Source: Minisyncoccota bacterium
GTDB lineage: Bacteria > Patescibacteriota > Minisyncoccia > Minisyncoccales > RBG-13-42-11
Direction of reading: 5' to 3'
Length of the DNA stretch: 64,000 bases
Assembly (NCBI GenBank): GCA_041653495.1
Contig: JBAZFF010000001.1
Span: 4,987-68,986, forward strand
A model generated the notes under the pieces. That model had not been told where the DNA came from. It saw only the letters and a list, made by a program, of their open reading frames with translations, and ran no database searches. Position numbers and translations under genes: made by a program. Within the stretch, counting starts at the first letter, position 1; every line of letters starts with the position of its first letter. Below, piece after piece: positions 19,800 to 27,718 of this stretch.

Positions 19800-19931
19800 T
19801 TAGAACAACCCATTATTGGATTATCGACTCATTTAGCATAACATTCTAGGTGGGAAAAGTCAATATAACCGGCCCGTAAATCATGTTCAATTAAAAAAGG
19901 GCCGTTTTCGCACAAATGCGAGCGTACCCCA

Positions 19932-20417
19932 CTAATCATTGGACCACATCCACGGATAGCCGAATCTTTGCTTTTCTACAACATTCTTTCTGAAAGCGAG
20001 CAGCTCATCCGCCGTCAGCTCCTCTTGGGCCAGCTCTATTTCATCCAGAACAGCAACCGTATGGGCCCTCTGCCAACGAATCCAAGCCTTAATACCTTCT
20101 TCGTCTATGATCACTCTGCCTATTACGTTGGCCAAATGGATTCCTTCTGAAACCATTTGAAACAACTCTTCATCGGTTTTTCTTTTATACAGAATAGATT
20201 CTCGATGTTCGTGATAGAGCGAGTAACGCAAGAAAGGATCTGTTTTGGACAGGAATATCATTACCTTTCCGGTCTTTTTATGCCGGATAAAGAGGCCTCC
20301 TCCGTATATCATGAAAGACGGAAGCCCTAAGTAAGATATCTCTTTTCCGCGTATTACTTCTTTCTTTTTGGGCAATAAGTTCCACAGAAGATGCAAAACC
20401 TTATCGGGCAAATTCAC
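19932..20417 (-). CDS. Hypothetical protein
   Basis: 161-aa ORF with a G-rich RBS and its own promoter. Contains YHEHRE. Confidence 0.6.
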   Translation of the reverse strand: MNLPDKVLHLLWNLLPKKKEVIRGKEISYLGLPSFMIYGGGLFIRHKKTGKVMIFLSKTDPFLRYSLYHEHRESILYKRKTDEELFQMVSEGIHLANVIGRVIIDEEGIKAWIRWQRAHTVAVLDEIELAQEELTADELLAFRKNVVEKQRFGYPWMWSND

Positions 20418-20507
20418 GGTAAGTCCCCCCTCTCTTTAGAATATAAAGGAAGAATAATCTCCTTGCTGATATTAAATTATATAATTTCAGGAAAAAGTCA
20501 ACCCACT

Positions 20508-20524
20508 GGTAGATTGTGAGACAT
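20508..20524 (+). repeat. dif-like half-site 6
   Basis: GGTAGA-TTGTGAGACAT followed by an A-tract and hairpin. Confidence 0.88.
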
Positions 20525-20553
20525 AAAATAAAAAAGGCTGCCGAAGCAACCTT

Positions 20554-20830
20554 TTAAGAGCAAAGAGTGAACTCCCCTAATAGAAGCGGTATCAAAGGAG
20601 TTCGCTCTACAACCGATTGGCCTTTAAAGCAGCCGTGCATGATAAAGAGATTCCTGGCGCATTCTTCACTTGTCCATCTTATCTCAAGTGTTTCCGCTTC
20701 CCTACCCAAGGGATAGACAAATTCAGAAAAACCAGCTTTCTCAACAAAATATTAACTGATTACTCAAAAGAATACAACAAAAAGGTAGGTCTCATGCTAT
20801 TACACATCAACAGATATCAAACAGGGGTGC
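20554..20830 (-). pseudogene. Decayed ORF filling a 334-bp cassette
   Basis: A startless frame of about 65 codons (YFVEKAGFSEF...LLGEFTLCS*) ends right at the terminator. In-frame stops and a GGAGGAG lie upstream. Confidence 0.4.
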
Positions 20831-20841
20831 TCCTCCGGTAC

Positions 20842-20858
20842 GGTAGATTATGAGGCAT
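20842..20858 (+). repeat. dif-like half-site 7
   Basis: GGTAGA-TTATGAGGCAT. Confidence 0.8.
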
Positions 20859-20941
20859 AAAAAACCAACCATTTGGTTAATTTCTTAATTATCAATAACT
20901 AAACCATATCGTAAGAACTTGAAAAATGTTAAATTAAAAAT

Positions 20942-21832
20942 ATGAAATACAAAACAATATTATCGTTATTCTTTGTTGTGTTTTTTGTTTTTCTCTCTCC
21001 TAACCCAAGCACTGTTCAGGCATTAACCCAGGAAGAAAAAGAGAGACTAATACAACAGATTGAAATTCTCCAACAAGAAGTCACGACTTTGAAAAATCTA
21101 ATCTCAAACCTTCAATTACGACAGGAAATTACTGCCGAGTCGTATTTAGCAGTAGATCTTTCTAATAACTTAGTACTCCTGAGCAAAAACTCTGATGAGA
21201 TTCACTCCATAGCCTCTGTCACTAAGCTTATGACTGCCGTAATCGCTATTGAGAACATTGATTTGAACCAGACAATAACATTGACGGATGAAATGCTGAA
21301 TCCCCTGGGCAGCAGCCCGACTCTCTTTTCAGGATTAACCATAAGCGCGGAAGACCTTCTTAAGGCCTGCCTTATTCAATCAACTAATGACGCGGCTGAA
21401 GCCCTGTCTTACTTTATGAACGACGGAGAATTTTTAGCTTTAATGAACCAAAAGACAACGGCACTCGGAATGACCAATACCGTTTTTTACGACGTTCACG
21501 GGTTAAACCCTGAGAATCGTTCTAATGTAGTTGACATTGCCAAACTCGTATCTTACGTTTATAAAAACCATCAAGAGGTTCTAGACATTACAAAGAATAA
21601 CGACTTTTGGCTTCCAGACAAGACAGGAAGACTTCTTAAATTCAAGAATTCAAACGGATTTTATTATCTTCCCACATTTATCGGAGGAAAGACTGGATAC
21701 TTGGTGGAAGCAAAACAGGCCCTGGCTTCTGTATTTGAATTGAACGGAAATCCTACCGCCATCGTCGTACTCTATTCAGACAACCGCCAAGCCGATACTT
21801 TTGCAATAATCAGAAAACTGGAAGAAGAATAG
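20942..21832 (+). CDS. D-alanyl-D-alanine carboxypeptidase (peptidase S11)
   Basis: Signal peptide plus SxxK (SVTK), SxN (STN) and KTG motifs. Confidence 0.9.
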   Translation: MKYKTILSLFFVVFFVFLSPNPSTVQALTQEEKERLIQQIEILQQEVTTLKNLISNLQLRQEITAESYLAVDLSNNLVLLSKNSDEIHSIASVTKLMTAVIAIENIDLNQTITLTDEMLNPLGSSPTLFSGLTISAEDLLKACLIQSTNDAAEALSYFMNDGEFLALMNQKTTALGMTNTVFYDVHGLNPENRSNVVDIAKLVSYVYKNHQEVLDITKNNDFWLPDKTGRLLKFKNSNGFYYLPTFIGGKTGYLVEAKQALASVFELNGNPTAIVVLYSDNRQADTFAIIRKLEEE

Positions 21833-21996
21833 CTTTACAGAAAAACAAATCAATGAAGTGCCTGTATATCATAAACGTCTCACCGGATAGTAAAATTTCA
21901 TTTCAAAAAATTGGCTTCCCTGACTGGATGATGTTAGAACCTGTTTAAAATAAAAAAACACCGTTATTGGCACGGTGTCACACCTTATTGCTTTTA

Positions 21997-22356
21997 TTAT
22001 TTTATTTTCTTGATGAATCCCTCGAAGCCTCCATAAAGATTTAAAATTTCTCTCTTTTCTCTCTCTTGTTTTACAAGGGGTTCAAGTTTAACCCAGAGAT
22101 CTTTCCACCATTGAGGTGTCCAGGTTAAAAAGATTGTTTTGGAATCGAGAATACCCGCAGTCACATTGGTTCCTACCCGATTACCAACATAAATATATTC
22201 GAGAAAAAGCTGTTTTCTTTGAGGGTCATCTCCAATATAGGAGAGTATATCTTCTTTGCCAAGTTTCGCCATCTCAGTCCTAGCGCCCTTTATCGTTAGA
22301 CTATCCATCTGTTGACTGACAAAGGCCAATGTTGCTATTTTCTTGTTAGAGAACAT
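21997..22356 (-). CDS. Hypothetical protein
   Basis: 119-aa ORF with AGGAGGAG RBS, TTGACA promoter and a downstream hairpin. Confidence 0.7.
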   Translation of the reverse strand: MFSNKKIATLAFVSQQMDSLTIKGARTEMAKLGKEDILSYIGDDPQRKQLFLEYIYVGNRVGTNVTAGILDSKTIFLTWTPQWWKDLWVKLEPLVKQEREKREILNLYGGFEGFIKKIK

Positions 22357-22442
22357 TATCGCTCCTCCTTTTATTTACTTACCATTCTTCCCTTTTTCTC
22401 TAATAAAACAATACCACATTTCTATGGCATTGTCAACCGTAA

Positions 22443-22459
22443 GGTAGATTATGCGTCAT
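22443..22459 (+). repeat. dif-like half-site 8
   Basis: GGTAGA-TTATGCGTCAT. The reverse complement of the arm, ATGACGCATAA, resembles the E. coli XerC arm GGTGCGCATAA. Confidence 0.8.
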
Positions 22460-22741
22460 AACATACAGATATCCTCCAAAGCCCCTTAATTGGGGTTTTG
22501 GTTTCTTTTAAATCGTCTATAATACATTAAAGGTCTCTAAACTGAATAATTTATTAAAATATGCCCAAGGACCTAAAAGCAGAAAAACCTAGCGGAATAG
22601 GACTATTTGTTGTTTTGGTAATAGTAGTAGTTTTAGCTTTAATCTTAAGATAGCAAATACATAAGAGCTTTCTCTCTGTTTAAGCATAGAGGGGCCGCTA
22701 AGCTTAATTTCGTATAGTAACATATGTTACTATACGAATAT

Positions 22742-22996
22742 ATGGATAAAGAATACTATTCAACAATAGAAGCGGCCAATATATTACGGGTAAGTCGTAA
22801 GACGGTTTTTAAGTGGGCCCAAAGCGGAAAAATCAAAGCCACTAAGGTCGGGCGAAATTATATCATTCCCCACTCTGTCGTTCTGGAAAAACTTGGAAAG
22901 AGCATAGGCAAAGACAAAAAGGCTAATATAGAAAAAGCCATTGACAAGGCCATGAGGGAATATGAAAAAACATTTAGAATGCTCGGAAAAAAATGA
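22742..22996 (+). CDS. Excisionase-type HTH protein, probable antitoxin of the Doc toxin
   Basis: YYSTIEAANILRVSRKTVFKWAQSGKIKATKVGRNYII. Its stop overlaps the doc start (ATGA). Confidence 0.8.
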   Translation: MDKEYYSTIEAANILRVSRKTVFKWAQSGKIKATKVGRNYIIPHSVVLEKLGKSIGKDKKANIEKAIDKAMREYEKTFRMLGKK

Positions 22997-23423
22997 GACC
23001 CAAATCAATAAGCATTGCCGAAATTGAATATACTTCATTCCGTTTAGCGGAAAAGTTTATGACTTAGGATGAGCCGATTCCCAACTTCGGATCCAGATTT
23101 CCAAATATTCTGGAAAGCTGTCTAAACCAACCGTTTGTAAGTTTTGCTAAAAAGATTTATATCGCGGGCTCGTCGGGAAGGCTAGCATCTTATTCTGTTT
23201 GATGATCAAAAATCATCCGTTCCAGAACGGAAACAAGCGCATAGCCGTAATGACTCTCTTTTATTTCTTATACAAAAATGGCAAGTGGCTTAATATCAAT
23301 AATACTGATTTATATAATTTCTCGGTTGGGGTTGCTGAAAGCAAAACAACTTCTCGGGAGAAAACAACCAATCATATCGGCCACTTGATTAAAAAGCATC
23401 TAATCAATTCTCCTAAGTTATAA
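22993..23423 (+). pseudogene. Doc/Fic toxin pseudogene
   Basis: HPFQNGNKR Doc motif. Premature TAG at 23065-23067 and a frameshift in the A-run near 23149-23153. Confidence 0.85.
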
Positions 23424-23439
23424 TCTTTATTTCTGTCTA

Positions 23440-23456
23440 GACAGATTGTGAGAAAA
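23440..23456 (+). repeat. Degenerate dif-like half-site 9
   Basis: GACAGA-TTGTGAGAAAA followed by an A-tract and hairpin. Confidence 0.65.
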
Positions 23457-23500
23457 AATAAAAAGCGGTGAAAATATTCATCGCTTTTTATCCTCTTATA

Positions 23501-24094
23501 TTATAGATATTTGATTTGTTTCTTAATCGCCTTGAATAAGTCGGAAACTATCTTTGATATATTCGCCAAATTAATCCCTACGTTGTTTAGTACGCTTTGG
23601 GGCGCCACGCTTATATTATACGTTATAGCATATGCGGTTTTCGGCTCATCCCCGACGACGGGGATCATCTTTGTCTCTACATTCATTGAGGAAGCAGAGT
23701 TATTAGTGAATATAAGGTAGATAACGCCGTCAGTAGCCATTCTTCTGCCGGGTTCCCCGCAGGCGAAATCCTCTCCCGTAGCAGCGTCTTTTATGGCAAG
23801 CCCGTCCTGGCAGGTTACTCTAAAGTCGAGAAAATCGGCATTTTTAACTTCCCAATTGAATTTCACATCTCCTTCATACAGAGAATCGGTCTTTGAATAT
23901 CCGCTTATCCAAAATTTAGGCTTTGCCACCGGGGTGGTCGGAAGCGGTTCTGCAAGACAAGCTCCGTTGCTGCAGCCGTTTGGGCATTCATAGCCTATTG
24001 AAGTCAGATTCCCTTCCTCATTACAATAAACTTCGTTTAGTTGGCGATTCGTCAGGCTATTGGAACAGCAATCGTTTGCAATACTATAGCCCAA
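23501..24094 (-). CDS. Cys-rich extracellular-type protein, probably a 5'-truncated fragment
   Basis: Begins in the middle of a Cys module (CCSN...EVYC...YECPNGCSNGACL). No signal peptide or RBS; TTG start 7 bp from the obgE stop. Confidence 0.5.
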   Translation of the reverse strand: MGYSIANDCCSNSLTNRQLNEVYCNEEGNLTSIGYECPNGCSNGACLAEPLPTTPVAKPKFWISGYSKTDSLYEGDVKFNWEVKNADFLDFRVTCQDGLAIKDAATGEDFACGEPGRRMATDGVIYLIFTNNSASSMNVETKMIPVVGDEPKTAYAITYNISVAPQSVLNNVGINLANISKIVSDLFKAIKKQIKYL

Positions 24095-24101
24095 ACTGGC
24101 A

Positions 24102-25073
24102 TCAAACGCTTTCTTTCTGCTTTATTATTTCTCTTAACACTTCTTCCACCTTCTTTAAGCTCTTTTCGTCTATTATGGAAACGGGTAGCACTTTCTTCCC
24201 CGTCTTTTCCAAGAGAGCCACTTTCTTTTCAATGTCTTTCTCAGGAATCAAGTCTGCCTTGGCTAAAAGAATGTATTCGGGCTTTAATAAGAGTTCTTTA
24301 TTATGGGTCTCAAGCTCTTTTCTGATAACTTTATAATCTTCCAGGGGATCTGCAGAGTCGGCCGAGATAAAATGAAAGATGGTCTTGGTCCTTTCAATGT
24401 GCCTCAAAAACTTAATACCCAAACCCTTGCCCAAGGAAGCTCCCTCGATAAGCCCGGGGATGTCAGCTAGAATCAGCCCGTAATAAGACCCCAAATTGGG
24501 ATCCAGAGTAGTAAAAGGATAATTAGCCACTTTGCTGTTGGCCTTGGTAAGCTCGTTCAGTAAGCTGGATTTCCCGACATTCGGAAAACCGACGAATCCT
24601 ACATCGGCTATCATCTTTAATTCTAATCTCAGTTCGTATTCCTCCCCGAAACCGCCTTCTTTGAATTCCTGCGGACTCGTATTGGTGGAAGACCTGAATT
24701 TGAAGTTTCCCCTGCCGCCGTTGCCTCCCTTGGCCGCCAGCAATCTCTGCCCCACGGAAATTATTTCCGAATCTTCCTTCAAGGACAAATTATGGATGAC
24801 CGTTCCCACGGGTATTCTCAATATTAGGTCCCTTCCGTCTGCTCCGTCATGATTCTTCCCTTTGCCGTTCTCTCCGTCTTCAGCGGACAGCTCTTTCTTG
24901 TAAAGGAATTGGTTTAAAGTGCTTAAGTCGGAAACTCCTTCAAAATAAATATCCCCTCCTTTGCCTCCGTCTCCGCCGGTGGCTCCGAGAGACATTTTAA
25001 CCTTGCTGAAAGCCACGGCTCCCCTGCCGCCGTTCCCGGACTTTACTTTGATTTTAATGTCGTCAACTATCAT
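24102..25073 (-). CDS. obgE: GTPase ObgE
   Basis: Gly-rich Obg fold, GFPNVGKSS, YPFTT, DIPGLIEGA, FLRHIER. Confidence 0.97.
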   Translation of the reverse strand: MIVDDIKIKVKSGNGGRGAVAFSKVKMSLGATGGDGGKGGDIYFEGVSDLSTLNQFLYKKELSAEDGENGKGKNHDGADGRDLILRIPVGTVIHNLSLKEDSEIISVGQRLLAAKGGNGGRGNFKFRSSTNTSPQEFKEGGFGEEYELRLELKMIADVGFVGFPNVGKSSLLNELTKANSKVANYPFTTLDPNLGSYYGLILADIPGLIEGASLGKGLGIKFLRHIERTKTIFHFISADSADPLEDYKVIRKELETHNKELLLKPEYILLAKADLIPEKDIEKKVALLEKTGKKVLPVSIIDEKSLKKVEEVLREIIKQKESV

Positions 25074-25184
25074 ATTCTCGGGCTGTCTTGTAATACCTTA
25101 TTATAGCTTTATTGCGGACATATTGATACTTACGCATTCTGCCACACGCTAATATAAAGCCCCGATAAATACATATCATCGGGG

Positions 25185-25448
25185 CTAGTTCCCATCCTCC
25201 TCGGATTTGAAGTGGCCTACTTTCTTCTGCCATAAAGGTTTCTTTACATCCAGCATCTTTGCGATGAATCTTAACAGCCTTATATTTTCCCCCTCAATTT
25301 TCACGTTAAGAGGAGAAACTCTGGAGACTTTTAACCTGTAATAAGGCGCTCTCTTTTCAACCAGCTCTAAAAACTCAGCAGCCGGTATCTCGTCATCGTC
25401 TTTGTCTGTTATTGAAAGATCAACGATCCTGAATTCTTCGTTCTCCAT
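25185..25448 (-). CDS. Hypothetical protein
   Basis: 87-aa ORF with AGGAGG RBS and a downstream hairpin. Confidence 0.6.
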   Translation of the reverse strand: MENEEFRIVDLSITDKDDDEIPAAEFLELVEKRAPYYRLKVSRVSPLNVKIEGENIRLLRFIAKMLDVKKPLWQKKVGHFKSEEDGN

Positions 25449-25615
25449 CTGGCACCTCCTTTCATATATAAGTTACGCCCGAACGGAAAAAGAATCAAAT
25501 TCTAAAATAAAATGTCTCCAGTGTGGTAGGCCACCGAAGACTTCAAATAAAGAAAGAAAATACTTTAAGGAGGAATGACTGACGAAAGGTTTACCAGCCT
25601 ACCCTGATAAATACA

Positions 25616-26134
25616 TTAGAGAAACAATCTGTTAAAGCATCTTACCTCTTTTACCTCTACGTCGCCAATGAGAGTCTTTTGGAAAGGGCCGTATGAAGCC
25701 TTGACCTGGATCCTCTTTCCCTCCAGGACCAGCGGCAACCAGGTCTTGTCTGCCAGCATAAGGTTGTCCGGCAGATTATTGAAATCAAACCAAGCAGGGT
25801 CAGCCATTTCATCTGTTTCTGACGGCTCCCCTTCCCATTTATAAAGGAAGAAAACATGGACCCGGCAGACAAAGGTCTTCCCTTCCGCAGTGGCATTGTG
25901 AAAATCTATTACAGCCACCTTAGAAAGATCCTTTGGTTTTGCCTTTACTCCCCCGCTCTCTTCTCTCAGCTCCCTTATGGCTGCTTCACTGGGGTTCTCG
26001 CGGAACTCTATCCCTCCGCCGTACCCGTTATAGCAGCCCTTGCCGATCTTCTTGGTCTTTAAAGCAAGCAGCACTTTACTATCTCTTATTAAATAGCAAA
26101 GCGTCGCGTTAAGCAGAACTTTTTCTTTTTCCAT
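25616..26134 (-). CDS. NUDIX hydrolase, MutT/MTH1-like
   Basis: TLCYL, NGYGGG...EAAIRELREES, ETDEMADPAWF, ADKTWLP. Confidence 0.9.
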   Translation of the reverse strand: MEKEKVLLNATLCYLIRDSKVLLALKTKKIGKGCYNGYGGGIEFRENPSEAAIRELREESGGVKAKPKDLSKVAVIDFHNATAEGKTFVCRVHVFFLYKWEGEPSETDEMADPAWFDFNNLPDNLMLADKTWLPLVLEGKRIQVKASYGPFQKTLIGDVEVKEVRCFNRLFL

Positions 26135-26279
26135 AAGAACCTCCTTCTAACTGCCTTAAATCTATAACTAATTAATAAAAAATCAAGAGAGTGTCAATCC
26201 TAAAGTTTCCGCTCATTCAGCAATTCCCAAACAAATAAAAAGGCCGTTTTCGTAGAACGGCCTCGCTTTGAAATTGCAC

Positions 26280-26897
26280 TTACAGCGGTGATCCTATTAA
26301 AGCCTCCACCTTTGGAAGCACTGGCCGCAAATCGCAGAATGATACTCTTAACGACGAGTAGCCATTTATCAGTTGATAAGCAATGTACCTGCCGTCGCAG
26401 AGTTCCGATAATCCGCAATATCCCATAAATTCTTCCCATTCCCTTTGGTCTATCAATGAAACCCCGTAGAAATGGAAAGACCTTCCCGAGGAAAGAATGG
26501 CTCCTCTGTATCCCTTGTGCTTGAAGAAATATATTGCATCAGCCAGAAGCTTTTCTCTGTCCTCTTTCTGAGCCAGATCCATCATCGGGATGTGAAGTAT
26601 TCTATTTTTCTCAACGCGGACTTCAGACATTATAGCCAGGACCGTCCCCGGTTCCAGATGGTCTATTATGTGAAGAATCTGACTAGCTGAGATAACATCT
26701 TTTCTCCTCATCTGAATGATTCTCCCCTTGGTCTCCTTGGGATTATCGTTGCGGAGTAGACGCGTGAGAGATTGCCCTTCGGGCAACTCGATCACGTTTT
26801 CCTTGGGCGTATAGACATAGAAGCTCAAGGCCTGGATGGCAGTGTTCTTTTCCACTATTTCAGCTATCACGTTAATGATGTCCATCCCTACTTCCAT
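26280..26897 (-). CDS. Archaeo-eukaryotic primase (AEP)-like domain protein
   Basis: HIPMMDL, SSGRSFHFYG and DGRYIAY...SSLRV resemble the AEP SGx-H motif. Confidence 0.5.
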   Translation of the reverse strand: MEVGMDIINVIAEIVEKNTAIQALSFYVYTPKENVIELPEGQSLTRLLRNDNPKETKGRIIQMRRKDVISASQILHIIDHLEPGTVLAIMSEVRVEKNRILHIPMMDLAQKEDREKLLADAIYFFKHKGYRGAILSSGRSFHFYGVSLIDQREWEEFMGYCGLSELCDGRYIAYQLINGYSSLRVSFCDLRPVLPKVEALIGSPL

Positions 26898-26901
26898 TGA
26901 A

Positions 26902-27504
26902 TTATTCCTCCCTTATTTCTTTCTTCTTTACTCCTTGGCTCCTTACCGTTTTCCGGAAGGATTCCAACAGATCTCTTGAAGCTTCCAGGCTGAGGGGCGG
27001 CAACCCCTCAATAAATCTTTCAAAGATGTTCATCCAGAAAAGTTCGGATGCTTTTCCCCAGGTCATTATCTCGAAGTGCGCATCGTAATTGTGCCAAGCA
27101 GCCCTGCATTTTAAACAAAGGCAGGTCTTTGACGCCTCTTCCTTCGTCTTTGGCTGCCTGATAGCGAATTCGGCTTTCCCCCCGCATTTTATACAAGGAA
27201 GATTATAAGAAGCTATCTTCTTATCTGGCGTAAAGTCAGAAGCCTCACACGGTCCTTCAGCTTTAGCTTTTATCTTTTGGGCCTGCGAGAGGATTTTTTG
27301 CACCCAGTCGCTAGGAATCAAATTCTTCTTAAGGGCTTGATCAAGGGTATATTTATGACCCCGGGGGCAATGGAATATAACTGATTCCAAGCTCACAATC
27401 TCACTGTTTGTGTTCACGTAAGACTTAAAGCTGGCTATAGGCCATGTTTCTCCCTTTATACACTTCATATTCATTTCTATAGTCATATCTTCCTCCTGAG
27501 ACAT
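26902..27504 (-). CDS. Hypothetical zinc-binding protein
   Basis: Several Cys pairs (CIKC, CLCLKC, CPRGH). Confidence 0.6.
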   Translation of the reverse strand: MSQEEDMTIEMNMKCIKGETWPIASFKSYVNTNSEIVSLESVIFHCPRGHKYTLDQALKKNLIPSDWVQKILSQAQKIKAKAEGPCEASDFTPDKKIASYNLPCIKCGGKAEFAIRQPKTKEEASKTCLCLKCRAAWHNYDAHFEIMTWGKASELFWMNIFERFIEGLPPLSLEASRDLLESFRKTVRSQGVKKKEIREE

Positions 27505-27718
27505 TATTCTCTATATATAGTTCTAAAGGAACCAGATTTGTGAATAGTCTACTCTAAAACAATCGCCGCTAAAGTCAATAGAAGATGCCTATCTTTATAA
27601 TCTGCCTTCCACGACCATAAGTGAGAACTCTTTTGGCCCTTGCTGGCTTAAGATCTTTCGTTCAATTAAAAAAGGCTGAACCGCATAACGATTCAGCCTT
27701 TCATAGTTAAAGTACAAT

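Larger units (their letters stand above)
14280..23456. mobile_element. Array of gene cassettes delimited by directly repeated dif-like half-sites
   Basis: GGTAGA-T(T/C)(G/A)T...-type repeats at 14291, 14849, 16124, 17383, 18193, 20508, 20842, 22443 and, degenerate, 23440. All fall at gene-unit boundaries and have the same orientation. Confidence 0.8.

Noticed and set aside
21905-21945. TGGCTTCCCTGACTGGATGATGTTAGAACC as a recombinase C-terminus or att scar
   Set aside because: Too short, contains a stop codon, and has no partner repeat in the window.
14291-23456. CRISPR array interpretation of the GGTAGATTGTGAGACA repeats
   Set aside because: The intervals are 0.3-2.3 kb, contain whole genes and are irregular; no cas genes are present.
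2-23456. Classical integron (IntI plus attC)
   Set aside because: The recombinase looks Xer-like with no evident IntI-specific insertion, and the repeats lack the RYYYAAC...GTTRRRY attC structure.
14428-24094. Prophage or plasmid integrated at dif
   Set aside because: No structural, replication or conjugation genes; the content is a mosaic of single-gene units.
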